NCBI GenBank assembly: GCA_037447435.1
Contig: JBBIGR010000017.1
Location: forward strand, 1-64,000
Source of the DNA: Fibrobacteria bacterium
Lineage (GTDB): Bacteria; Fibrobacterota; Chitinivibrionia; Chitinivibrionales; FEN-1185
Length of the DNA: 64,000 nt
Direction: 5' to 3'
Both the position numbers and the translations under genes were made by a program. Of this stretch, positions 9,482 through 18,435 are shown in pieces. The notes below the pieces were generated by a model. The model was not told the DNA's origin, searched no databases, and saw only the letters and a program-made list of their open reading frames with translations. Positions within the stretch are counted from its first letter, which is position 1. The number at the start of each line of letters is the position of its first letter.

Positions 9482-10414
9482 ATGCGCATTTTCGGTGTTT
9501 TTACTGCCATTACAGTAAGCCTTTTCGTCCTTTGTAAATCATCGACGTTTACCGGTGACGCTACGGCCGCAAACCGTTATTCCAGAATCATTTCTTTTGC
9601 TCCCAGTATTACCGAAACGCTTTTTGCGCTGGGTTTGGGTGAAAACGTCGTTGGCGTTACCCGGTATTGCAATTATCCGCCGGAGGTTGATAAAATACCT
9701 AAATTGGGCGGCTATTTGGACCCTAATTACGAAACGATCCTGTCGCTTAAGCCCGATCTGGTCTTATTATTGAAGGAACATATAAAGGTCATCGATTTTT
9801 TAAAGCACAATAATATCCATTACGAAATAATCGACAACGAAAATGTCTCCGCAATTTTGAATTCTTTTCTGCAAATCGGCAAGCTCTGTTTGCGGCAACG
9901 CCGGGCGGATAGTCTCGTAGCCTTGTTTAATGCCGAAAAACGCGCGCCGTTGACAATTAATGAAAAACGGCCGAGGATTTTATTTTGCATCGGCCGGGAC
10001 AATACCGGTTCGGGAAAAATAGTGCAACTGTACGCGGCAGGTCCCAAAAGCTTTTACAGTCAGCTTATAAATTACGCCGGCGGCGAAAATGCTTTTACAG
10101 ACTCATTGGGAACCTATCCGTTGATAACCGCTGAAGGAATTTTTCGCATATCGCCGGACATCGTCATCGATTTAATGGCCCCGATTTCCCATACGGACAT
10201 TTCCATCGTTAAAAAAGACTGGGATTGTCTGAATTCCGTACCTGCGGTAAAAAACGGATTGGTTTTTTGCCCGGATAAGGACTTCATGACCATACCCGGG
10301 CCGCGGATACGGTTGATTCTCAAAGAAATCAATACTGCGGTTGTCGAATATTATTCGAAAAGTAGGAATACCGTTTCCGGAAATCGTTCCCCGTTGCCGG
10401 AAGCGAAAAAGTAA
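9482..10414 (+). CDS. btuF: Cobalamin ABC transporter substrate-binding protein
   Basis: RIISFAPSITETLFALG, VVGVTRYC, PNYETILSLKPD, PGPR; riboswitch context. Confidence 0.88.
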   Translation: MRIFGVFTAITVSLFVLCKSSTFTGDATAANRYSRIISFAPSITETLFALGLGENVVGVTRYCNYPPEVDKIPKLGGYLDPNYETILSLKPDLVLLLKEHIKVIDFLKHNNIHYEIIDNENVSAILNSFLQIGKLCLRQRRADSLVALFNAEKRAPLTINEKRPRILFCIGRDNTGSGKIVQLYAAGPKSFYSQLINYAGGENAFTDSLGTYPLITAEGIFRISPDIVIDLMAPISHTDISIVKKDWDCLNSVPAVKNGLVFCPDKDFMTIPGPRIRLILKEINTAVVEYYSKSRNTVSGNRSPLPEAKK

Positions 10415-10416
10415 TT

Positions 10417-11211
10417 ATGCAACTTATTGAAGTAAAAAACCTCGATTATTCTTTTGGAGAGAAATGCGTTCTTAAGGATATTTCCTGCCAAATTTATAAA
10501 GGGGAAACCTGGTCGATCATCGGGAAAAACGGTGCGGGAAAATCCACATTGATCAAATGTCTTGCCGGTTTATTGCCGTTTAATAAAGGAAGCATTCATA
10601 TTCAGGGACTCGACGGAAAAACACTCCGGCCCAAAGACAGGGCGAAAATAATTGCCTATGTTCCGCAGGCAAATGCGAGAAATTTTGCGCCGTATACGGT
10701 ATTCGATTTCGTCATGCTGGGCAGGTTTCCGTATCAGGGACTCATGGCATTTCCGAGCGATCACGATGTAAAAATTGTAAATAATGCCATGGATTTGACG
10801 GATACGAAAGAGCTTGCGTTTCGTTTGATGCCGACGCTGTCGGGCGGGGAATTGCAGCGGGTGTTTTTGGCCGGAGCGGTTGCCCAGCAAACGCCCGTGT
10901 TATTGCTCGATGAACCTTCAACGTTTTTAGATCCGCTTCATCAGGAATTGATTCGAAAGACCTTGCAAAGAATCCACGATGAATTCGGCACCGTATTGCT
11001 GACGATTACGCATGATATCAACGCTGCATTGTCGAATTTCACGAATGTTTTGGCAATTGCGGATAAAACAGTGCTTTTTGCCGGAACGACATCTGAATTC
11101 CGAAAACAAGGGCCGCATATTCTGGAAAAGGTTTTTTCCTTGAAATTCTCCGAAGAAAAATTTGATAACGGTACAAAGCCATTTTTAATTCCTCAAGAAA
11201 TTCCATCATGA
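10417..11211 (+). CDS. btuD: Cobalamin/Fe-siderophore ABC transporter ATPase
   Basis: GKNGAGKS, LSGGELQR, LLLDEP. Confidence 0.85.
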   Translation: MQLIEVKNLDYSFGEKCVLKDISCQIYKGETWSIIGKNGAGKSTLIKCLAGLLPFNKGSIHIQGLDGKTLRPKDRAKIIAYVPQANARNFAPYTVFDFVMLGRFPYQGLMAFPSDHDVKIVNNAMDLTDTKELAFRLMPTLSGGELQRVFLAGAVAQQTPVLLLDEPSTFLDPLHQELIRKTLQRIHDEFGTVLLTITHDINAALSNFTNVLAIADKTVLFAGTTSEFRKQGPHILEKVFSLKFSEEKFDNGTKPFLIPQEIPS

Positions 11212-12203
11212 GAAAATCACCCGTATTGCAATTGGCAGGTCTTTTCATCGGCACAATGGCGATTTTATTCGCAGCTCCCTTTTTCGGCATGGATTTTATT
11301 TCGCCGTTCGGTTTGAATTCTCATCCTTTACTAAAAACAATTGTGGTTTCCTTACGCATTCCCCGGGTGCTTGCCGCGTTTATTGCCGGTTCCGGACTTT
11401 CGTTATGCGGGATGATGTTTCAGGCGATGTTTAAAAACCCGCTTGCCGACCCGTTTACTTTGGGAATTTCGAGCGGCGCATCCTGCGGCGCGGCAGCGAC
11501 AATATTGTTGGGGCTTAACGGCGCGTTTTTTTCAATTACATACATTTCGGTCGGCGCATTTGCCGGTGCCGCAATGGCAATGTTTTGCGTGTTTTTATTG
11601 TCCTCGTTTCAACGGGCCGCCTCTGCTATCACCACTCTTTTGGCAGGTATTGCCATAAGTTTTCTTTTTTCCAGCATGCTTATGTTCATGCAATATCTGA
11701 GTTCTTTACGCGATTCATTCCATATCGTTCGCTGGCTTATGGGAGGAATAGAAGTTTTCGGCTACGATCAAATTATTTCCATGTTGCCGTTTTATATTCT
11801 CGGCATAATTCTCATATTTCTCAAACTGCCCGTGCTCGACCAATTGCTTGCGGGTGACGATCTTGCACAGACCCGTGGAGTTGAGATAAAACAAACCAAA
11901 TCCGTGTTACTGTTTGCCGCAACCGTGATTGTCGGCAGCATTGTTGCGGTTTGCGGCCCCATCGGATTCGTCGGTCTTATGATACCTCATATATGTAAAA
12001 TGATTTTCAAAACAAAGCATGTCGTTTTAGGGCCTGCCTGCTTTTTAAGCGGCGGAATATTCCTGGTGATTTGCGATACTGTTTCGAGAATAATTATTGC
12101 GCCGGCCGAAATGCCGGTAGGGGTGATTACGGCAATGCTGGGCGGCCCATTTTTTCTGTGGTTATTGTTTTTTAAAAAAGCAAAAGGTCTGAGCCTTGAC
12201 TGA
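11208..12203 (+). CDS. btuC: Cobalamin ABC transporter permease (FecCD family)
   Basis: RIPR, FKNPLADPFTLGISSGA, GPIGFVGLMIPH, EMPVGVITAMLGGPFF. Confidence 0.9.
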   Translation: MRKSPVLQLAGLFIGTMAILFAAPFFGMDFISPFGLNSHPLLKTIVVSLRIPRVLAAFIAGSGLSLCGMMFQAMFKNPLADPFTLGISSGASCGAAATILLGLNGAFFSITYISVGAFAGAAMAMFCVFLLSSFQRAASAITTLLAGIAISFLFSSMLMFMQYLSSLRDSFHIVRWLMGGIEVFGYDQIISMLPFYILGIILIFLKLPVLDQLLAGDDLAQTRGVEIKQTKSVLLFAATVIVGSIVAVCGPIGFVGLMIPHICKMIFKTKHVVLGPACFLSGGIFLVICDTVSRIIIAPAEMPVGVITAMLGGPFFLWLLFFKKAKGLSLD

Positions 12204-12996
12204 AAACAATGTTTTATCCAAATTCGATTTTCCGTTCAGAGTAGGATGCACTTCTTATGTGTATCCGGGCGACATAGAATTTAATGCCGCGTTGGTTGCA
12301 AAATGTTTTGACGATATTGAATTGGTTTTTTTCCAGTCTCAGGATGCATGCAATTTTCCCGACAAGAAAACTATACAAGTTTTATGCGATATTGCAAAAA
12401 AACATTCGATTACGTATACGGTACATTTCCCGATAGATAAAAAAGCAGGCTCCTGTGATGAATCGGAACGCTTGGGATTTATAAAGCAAGTAAACGATTT
12501 AATGAATCTTACGCAGGAATTGAATCCATTCGCATATATTTTGCATTTGGAAGGCATTCATCGAAATGCCTCATCGTTTGAAAAGTCGACCTGGCAAAAC
12601 CAGGTTTTAAAAACATGCGAAGCGATCGATTCTTTTGCGTATGATAGGCGGTCTAAAATTTGCGTTGAAAATTTAGATTATCCGTACACCTGGCACAAAG
12701 ATATCGTTGATCGATTCGGTTTTTCATACTGCATGGATATCGGGCATTTGCTGCTTTATAATGAAAATATTGCAGAGGTCGCAAAATCCATTCTTCATAA
12801 AACCAGGGTTTTGCATATTCATGGAGTTTGTCAGGGCAAAGATCATATTTCACTAAAAAACAATGAATTGCAATCTTTGGTAAGCCCGTTGCGGGATTCG
12901 GTTCGACTTTTTAACGGCGTGGCAACTATAGAAACATTTTCTGAAACCGATACCTTTGAATCATTGGAAGTATTAAAAAAAATATGGGAAAAATAA
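12196..12996 (+). CDS. cbiR: Cobamide remodelling phosphodiesterase CbiR-like (AP endonuclease 2 / TIM barrel)
   Basis: FRVGCTSYVYP, DIELVFF, VHFP, CVENL, CMDIGH, HIHG..DH, TIETF metal-ligand pattern; lies between btuC and cobU. Confidence 0.8.
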   Translation: MTENNVLSKFDFPFRVGCTSYVYPGDIEFNAALVAKCFDDIELVFFQSQDACNFPDKKTIQVLCDIAKKHSITYTVHFPIDKKAGSCDESERLGFIKQVNDLMNLTQELNPFAYILHLEGIHRNASSFEKSTWQNQVLKTCEAIDSFAYDRRSKICVENLDYPYTWHKDIVDRFGFSYCMDIGHLLLYNENIAEVAKSILHKTRVLHIHGVCQGKDHISLKNNELQSLVSPLRDSVRLFNGVATIETFSETDTFESLEVLKKIWEK

Positions 12997-13505
12997 TCGT
13001 ATGCACCGGCGGTGTGCGAAGCGGTAAAAGCTCCTATGCAATTGCACGCGCTCGGGAATTTAAGCAAAAAAATGCGTTTATTGCAACCGCGACTCCGCTC
13101 GACGATGAAATGAAAACCAGGATACATGCACATAAAGAATCGCGAGGCGATTCCTTTATAACCGTCGAAGAACCCTACGATCTTGCAGGGGCAATTAATC
13201 GCATCGATGAAAATGTTTCGATCGTTGTGATCGATTGTTTGACCGTTTGGCTCGGAAATCTGTTTTTTAAATATGATAATGACGAAACGATTATTGTGCG
13301 GCAAATCGATTCGTTGGTGCAGTGCTTAACAAATACTAATAAATGCTTTATCATGGTCACCAATGAAATCGGATGGGGGATTGTACCGGAAAATAAAATG
13401 GCACGGCAATTCAGGGATATTTCAGGATATATGAACCAGTCCGTAGCGAAAATTGCTTCCGAGGTATTGTTGTTCGTCTGCGGAATACCGTTAAAAATCA
13501 AATAA
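12984..13505 (+). CDS. cobU: Adenosylcobinamide kinase/cobinamide-phosphate guanylyltransferase
   Basis: GGVRSGKSSYA, TVEEP, IDCLTVW, VTNEIGWGIVP. Confidence 0.95.
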   Translation: MGKIIVCTGGVRSGKSSYAIARAREFKQKNAFIATATPLDDEMKTRIHAHKESRGDSFITVEEPYDLAGAINRIDENVSIVVIDCLTVWLGNLFFKYDNDETIIVRQIDSLVQCLTNTNKCFIMVTNEIGWGIVPENKMARQFRDISGYMNQSVAKIASEVLLFVCGIPLKIK

Positions 13506-13514
13506 AGGAAATGT

Positions 13515-14552
13515 ATGAACTTTAAAATCGAATCGATTAAAAACGAAAACCTTGAAAAAGAAATCATCAACAAGCTCAATGATTTGACAAAACCGATCGG
13601 CAGTTTAGGGCGGCTCGAGGAATTCGTACTTCAATATTGTTTATGCCGATCGAACGCAAATGCCCATATAAAAAAAATGAATATGTTTACTTTTGCGGGC
13701 GATCACGGAATTACCCAGGAAGGCGTTGCGCCGTATCCGAAAGAAGTAACGCAGCAAATGGTTTTGAATATGGCAAACGGCGGCGCTGCGATCAGTGTCA
13801 TGTGCAAAAATTCGGGAATCGAATATTCGGTCGTTGACATGGGTGTCGACGGTGAATTTTCTATTGATAATCAATGTTTCAAATCCTGCAAAGTTGCCCT
13901 TGGAACCGCAAATTTCCACAAAGGACCGGCAATGAGCTTGTCTCAGGCAAATCAGGCAATACTTTTTGGGCAACAATTGGCAATGGAATGCGATACCGAC
14001 CTTTTTGGCATAGGAGAAATGGGGATTGGAAATTCGTCGTCGGCATCGGCATTGTATTCATTATTATTGGATATGGATCCTGAAAAAACAGTTGGACCCG
14101 GAACCGGCGCAAGCGGCGATTTGTTGCAACATAAAAAAGATATTATCCGCGAGTCCGTTGAATTGCATAAAAAATCCTGGGACAAAACCGGTTTCGATGC
14201 ATTGTGCAGGGTTGGCGGTTTCGAGATTGCCGGAATTGTCGGGTTGATTTTCGGTGCTGCGCAAAAACGCATACCCACCGTTATAGACGGATTCATTTCC
14301 AGCGCTGCCGCATTGGTTGCCATGGAAATCAATCCAATTGTTCAGAAATATTTATATTTTGCCCATCAATCATCAGAAAAATTCCATAGGGATTTCCTTG
14401 AAACATTGAATATACGACCGATTTTAAATCTGGATATGCGTTTGGGAGAAGGAACCGGTGCGGCTTTATGCATGCAAATCATTGCGCAAGCCATGAATTG
14501 CTATGATCAGATGGCAACATTCAGTTCGGCCCATGTTTCCGAAGCAAAATAA
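13515..14552 (+). CDS. cobT: Nicotinate-nucleotide:dimethylbenzimidazole phosphoribosyltransferase
   Basis: TKPIGSLGRLE, FAGDHG, GEMGIGN, GGFEIAG, MRLGEGTGA. Confidence 0.96.
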   Translation: MNFKIESIKNENLEKEIINKLNDLTKPIGSLGRLEEFVLQYCLCRSNANAHIKKMNMFTFAGDHGITQEGVAPYPKEVTQQMVLNMANGGAAISVMCKNSGIEYSVVDMGVDGEFSIDNQCFKSCKVALGTANFHKGPAMSLSQANQAILFGQQLAMECDTDLFGIGEMGIGNSSSASALYSLLLDMDPEKTVGPGTGASGDLLQHKKDIIRESVELHKKSWDKTGFDALCRVGGFEIAGIVGLIFGAAQKRIPTVIDGFISSAAALVAMEINPIVQKYLYFAHQSSEKFHRDFLETLNIRPILNLDMRLGEGTGAALCMQIIAQAMNCYDQMATFSSAHVSEAK

Positions 14553-14558
14553 CATAAT

Positions 14559-15302
14559 ATGATTCGTCCATTTATTACTGCATGTAAAACATTGACTATT
14601 ATCCCGATCCCTGGAAAAGATTGCGATGATTTTTCAAAGAGTTTGGCATTTTTCCCGTTTATTGGGGGAATAATCGCTGTTTTTGAAATAGGCGTGTGGC
14701 AAATCGGTTTACATAGTATGGCGAAGTTTCCAATGATAACCGCTTTTTTCATGGTTGCATTCGGCATCATTATTAACGGCGCTATTCATTGCGATGGATT
14801 GGCTGATTTTTGCGACGGTTTTTTCGGCGGTAAAATCAAGGAGCAAATCTTATTGATAATGAAAGATCCGCGTAACGGATCTTTTGGAACCATTGCTTTA
14901 ATTTTAAATATCGGATTTCGTTTTATTTTATACATGGCATTGATTTCGGAAAATGCCGTTTCGGTTGTGGCTTGCAGTTTTGTTTTTTCCCGATCCATGC
15001 AGGGGTTTATGGTTTCTTTTTCCAAAAGTGCCAGAAACGGAAGCGGAACTGCAGGTGCATTTTTGCAAGGCAAAAGCAGCAAGTCGATAATGATTGTTTC
15101 CATATTAATAGCTGCGGTAACATTAGGCTTTTTATTCGGTTATATTAAAGTTTCGATTTTATTGATTGCATCATTAATTTCAACATTGTTATTTATGTTG
15201 GTATGCCATAAAAAAATTAATGGGATCACCGGTGATTGCATTGGCGCATTAAACGAAATAACTGAAGACATGATTCTTTTTATCGGAATATTAGTTATAT
15301 GA
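14559..15302 (+). CDS. cobS: Adenosylcobinamide-GDP ribazoletransferase (cobamide synthase)
   Basis: GAIHCDGLADFCDG, MKDPRNGSFG, GITGDCIGA; multi-TM. Confidence 0.94.
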   Translation: MIRPFITACKTLTIIPIPGKDCDDFSKSLAFFPFIGGIIAVFEIGVWQIGLHSMAKFPMITAFFMVAFGIIINGAIHCDGLADFCDGFFGGKIKEQILLIMKDPRNGSFGTIALILNIGFRFILYMALISENAVSVVACSFVFSRSMQGFMVSFSKSARNGSGTAGAFLQGKSSKSIMIVSILIAAVTLGFLFGYIKVSILLIASLISTLLFMLVCHKKINGITGDCIGALNEITEDMILFIGILVI

Positions 15303-16435
15303 TTTATTTAGACCATAATGCCACGACGCCGGTGTTACCGGAAGTCGTGGAAGAAATGGAATCCGCAATGAAGGATTTTTGGGGAAATCCTTCTTCAACT
15401 CATGCAATGGGAAGAAAAGCCTATGGCAAGCTTGAAAAAGCCAGGGAACAGCTTGCGCAAATTCTTGGAGCAAATGCAAAAGAAATATTTTTTACTTCCG
15501 GCGGCACGGAAGCGGATAATTTGGCGATTGCGGGAATTTCGAAAATATTTCCGGAATGCGAAATATGCGTTTCGGCAATAGAACATCCGGCAATTTATGA
15601 GGCGGCTCATGCATTGGAATCGAATGGTTATACCATAAATGATATTCCGGTTGATACTAATGGAATAATAAAATTAGACTCGTTACAATCGTTACTGACC
15701 GATAAAACCAAACTTGTATCCGTAATGTTGGTGAATAATGAAATCGGAACTATTCAACCGATTGAAAAAATAAGTTTATTATTAAAAAATAAAAAAATTG
15801 TTTTTCACACTGATGCGGTGCAGGCCTTTGGAAAAATTTCAGTAGATGTAAAAAAGCTTGGGGTAGATTCGTTATCAATTTCTTCCCATAAAATTTATGG
15901 CCCCAAGGGCTGCGGTGCATTTTATTTAAAGCACGGTATTAAAATTTTTCCACAAACATTCGGCGGTAATCAGGAACGGGGAATTCGAACCGGCACGGAA
16001 AATCTTCCGGCTATTCTTGGGTTTGTTAAAGCCGCAGAACTTGCGATTGCAAAAATTAATTCCGAACATGATCGATTAAAATCTCTTTCGGAATTACTGT
16101 TTAATGAAATCTCTGCAAAAATAGAAAACATAATTTTGAATGGAGATGTTGAAAACAAAATTCCCGGAACTTTGAACATCTGTTTTCCAGCTGCTGAAAC
16201 AGAATCATTAATAGCCTCGTTGGACCAAGATGGAATTTGCGTTTCCGGCGGATCGGCTTGTTCTTCGGGTTCAATTAGCGCTTCAAGGACGTTATTATCT
16301 ATTGGTCGAAGAAAAGTTGATGCGGTTTGTGCAATAAGATTTTCGTTGGGAAATAAAACAACAAAAGAAGAGATTGTTAAAACTGTTGAGGTTTTGGCAA
16401 AAGCAGTGAGTCGGATTCGGTCGGTAAATCGATAA
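15299..16435 (+). CDS. iscS: Cysteine desulfurase (IscS/NifS group)
   Basis: IYLDHNATTP, GNPSS, FTSGGTEA, HTDAVQ, SSHKIYGPKG, SGGSACSSG. Confidence 0.92.
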   Translation: MIYLDHNATTPVLPEVVEEMESAMKDFWGNPSSTHAMGRKAYGKLEKAREQLAQILGANAKEIFFTSGGTEADNLAIAGISKIFPECEICVSAIEHPAIYEAAHALESNGYTINDIPVDTNGIIKLDSLQSLLTDKTKLVSVMLVNNEIGTIQPIEKISLLLKNKKIVFHTDAVQAFGKISVDVKKLGVDSLSISSHKIYGPKGCGAFYLKHGIKIFPQTFGGNQERGIRTGTENLPAILGFVKAAELAIAKINSEHDRLKSLSELLFNEISAKIENIILNGDVENKIPGTLNICFPAAETESLIASLDQDGICVSGGSACSSGSISASRTLLSIGRRKVDAVCAIRFSLGNKTTKEEIVKTVEVLAKAVSRIRSVNR

Positions 16436-16445
16436 GGTTATAATG

Positions 16446-16481
16446 AAAAAAGGCCGGAAATTTACGTTTTTCGGCCTTTTT
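16446..16481. terminator. Bidirectional intrinsic terminator
   Basis: A-tract, GGCCGGAAA...TTTTCGGCC hairpin, T-tract, between convergent genes. Confidence 0.8.
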
Positions 16482-16501
16482 GATCGATAAAAATGCTTGT
16501 T

Positions 16502-16687
16502 TTATGCAGTAATATTTATTTCATTCGCTCCGCCGGCTCTGTTTGATTGAGGATTTTCTTTTGGTTTAGAATTTTCCTTTTTCACTTCATCAGCTTTTGC
16601 TTCATCGGCTGCAATTTGTCGAGTTTTAGCTGTTGTTTGCGGAGGTGGAGGAATATGGTTAACCGATCCGACAGCACTTGTAGTCAT
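16502..16687 (-). CDS. Small 61-aa low-complexity protein under a sigma-28 promoter
   Basis: Strong GGAGGT RBS, sigma-28 promoter upstream, terminator downstream; C-terminus INITA. Confidence 0.72.
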   Translation of the reverse strand: MTTSAVGSVNHIPPPPQTTAKTRQIAADEAKADEVKKENSKPKENPQSNRAGGANEINITA

Positions 16688-16735
16688 GAAAACACCTCCG
16701 AAAAAAAGATTTTGGATATTATAAACCCAGTTTAT

Positions 16736-16762
16736 ATATCGGCAAAAAATGATTAAACTTTA
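16736..16762 (-). promoter_or_regulatory. Sigma-28 (FliA/SigD) promoter
   Basis: TAAAGTTT-N11-GCCGATAT versus consensus TAAAGTTT-N11-GCCGATAA. Confidence 0.85.
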
Positions 16763-16826
16763 ATAATTATATCGTTTAATTGTTTAAATTACACTGAATT
16801 TCAAATAAAATGATTTGAGGAGCGTT

Positions 16827-17345
16827 GTGAAAAAAGGCTTAATTCAAATTTATACTGGAAACGGCAAAGGAAAAACAACGGCTGCGATCGGCCTGGCAAT
16901 ACGTGCTGTTGGCGCTAATTTCAAAGTATTGTTTTGCCAGTTTTTAAAAAATAAAGAGTATTCTGAGATCGCTTCCTTGAAAAAGTTTGAGTTAATAACT
17001 TTGAAGCAATTCGGAAATGCGGATTTTATTATTGGAAAACCATCGGATTCAGATATCCTTGAAGCTCAAAAAGGATTACAATTTTTGCAGGAAATTATTA
17101 AATCCAATCGATTCGACATGATTGTTTTAGACGAGATAAACGTTGTAATTAACTTGAAATTAATTGGGTTAGACGATTTTATTGATACTATTATTAACCA
17201 AAAGCCTGCTACGACGGAATTGATTCTTACCGGCAGAAATGCACATTCGAAACTCATTGAAATCGCTGATTTAGTCACTGAAATGAAAGAAGTTAAGCAT
17301 TATTTCAACAAAGGTATAAATGCAAGACTTGGAATTGAAATGTAA
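16827..17345 (+). CDS. btuR: Cob(I)alamin adenosyltransferase (BtuR/CobA/CobO)
   Basis: IQIYTGNGKGKTTAAIG, QFLK, LDEI, ELILTGR, ADLVTEM; GTG start after GAGGAG. Confidence 0.93.
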   Translation: MKKGLIQIYTGNGKGKTTAAIGLAIRAVGANFKVLFCQFLKNKEYSEIASLKKFELITLKQFGNADFIIGKPSDSDILEAQKGLQFLQEIIKSNRFDMIVLDEINVVINLKLIGLDDFIDTIINQKPATTELILTGRNAHSKLIEIADLVTEMKEVKHYFNKGINARLGIEM

Positions 17346-17838
17346 TTATTTTCTGATTTGGTTTTTTATTATTTGTTTAACATATTGATTTGAAAAACAT
17401 TAAGCTTAAAATGCAATCGAATTAATCTCTATAAAATGCTTTAAAACATAAAAAAACAATATGTTAGATAAAGAAAAGCTTTGTTGAATTATATCGTTAG
17501 CCGTAATTCAAACTGAATTTTGAAAAAAATCCTGGAAATATTAAAGATTTGCACTATAAATCATGGAGTTATTTATTAATTGGTCATTGATGAAAAAAGG
17601 CCTAATTTAAGGATAAAAGTTAAAAATAATCCGGAAAAGAAGTTTTAAGCCATAAATCTGAACAGAGAATTTGTGGGTGACTATGGCATTTTTCAAACAA
17701 GTATCGCGAAAAAGAAAGTAGAAAATATTTGTTATGAAATTGAAATGACAAACTGTTTATAGAATGCGACAAAGCAAATAAAGCATTAAAAAACCCAAAT
17801 CAAATTTAACGTAATTCCCTATGAAACAGACAAATATT

Positions 17839-17866
17839 AAGTCGTATAATATATATTATGTAACCT
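17839..17866 (+). other. dif-like XerC/XerD recombination site (probable replication terminus)
   Basis: AAGTCGTATAA-TATATA-TTATGTAACCT, 11-6-11 architecture similar to B. subtilis and E. coli dif; lies in a long AT-rich intergenic gap. Confidence 0.78.
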
Positions 17867-18062
17867 TTCTTATATTATGGTTTCTCCCCTTTGGTTTTTA
17901 TTCTTGTTCCTTGGATTCAAGTTTAAATTTGAGGCACAAATTGATTCCCGTCAGGTTCTTTTCATTTACATTATTTTTTGAAGATGCTAAGTTTAAAAAA
18001 ATCGTACAATATTTGATGGCCTTGAACTGTATTAATAGAGTTGCTGGAGGATTTTATTTTTG

Positions 18063-18092
18063 TTGACTATGGGTGTGTTAATTTATTATATT
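18063..18092 (+). promoter_or_regulatory. Putative sigma-70 promoter of rpmE
   Basis: TTGACT-N18-TATATT about 40 bp upstream of the start. Confidence 0.45.
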
Positions 18093-18131
18093 AACTCGTT
18101 CATAAAAAAATTACTGAATCCGGAGGTCCTT

Positions 18132-18344
18132 GTGAAAGAAAAAATTCATCCTAAATACGAAGATGTTACCTTTACCTGTTCTTGCGGTAACGTCATTGAA
18201 ACGCGTTCGACTATTAAAAGTACCCACATCGATATTTGCAGCAAATGTCATCCGTTTTATACGGGCAAGCAAAAGCTGATCGATAGCGCCGGACGTGTTG
18301 AACGTTTTCAAAAGCGGTATGCAGTATCAAATAAAGAAGCATAG
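18132..18344 (+). CDS. rpmE: 50S ribosomal protein L31 (Zn-binding type)
   Basis: IHPKY, CSC...[22 protein letters not shown] start after GGAGG. Confidence 0.97.
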   Translation: MKEKIHPKYEDVTFTCSCGNVIETRSTIKSTHIDICSKCHPFYTGKQKLIDSAGRVERFQKRYAVSNKEA

Positions 18345-18360
18345 TTCTTTAATTGTTTTA

Positions 18361-18404
18361 AAAACGGGTTTGGGAAAGCGTTGCTTTTCTGCCCGTTTTT
18401 TTTT
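18361..18404 (+). terminator. Intrinsic terminator after rpmE
   Basis: AAAACGGG...CCCGTTTT hairpin followed by a long T tract. Confidence 0.7.
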
Positions 18405-18435
18405 GCTTTTATTAAAAAATCGGAATAAGGATTAA

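Noticed and set aside
17821..18066. 81-aa ORF in the AT-rich gap
   Set aside because: No RBS or recognisable motif, and it overlaps the dif-like site
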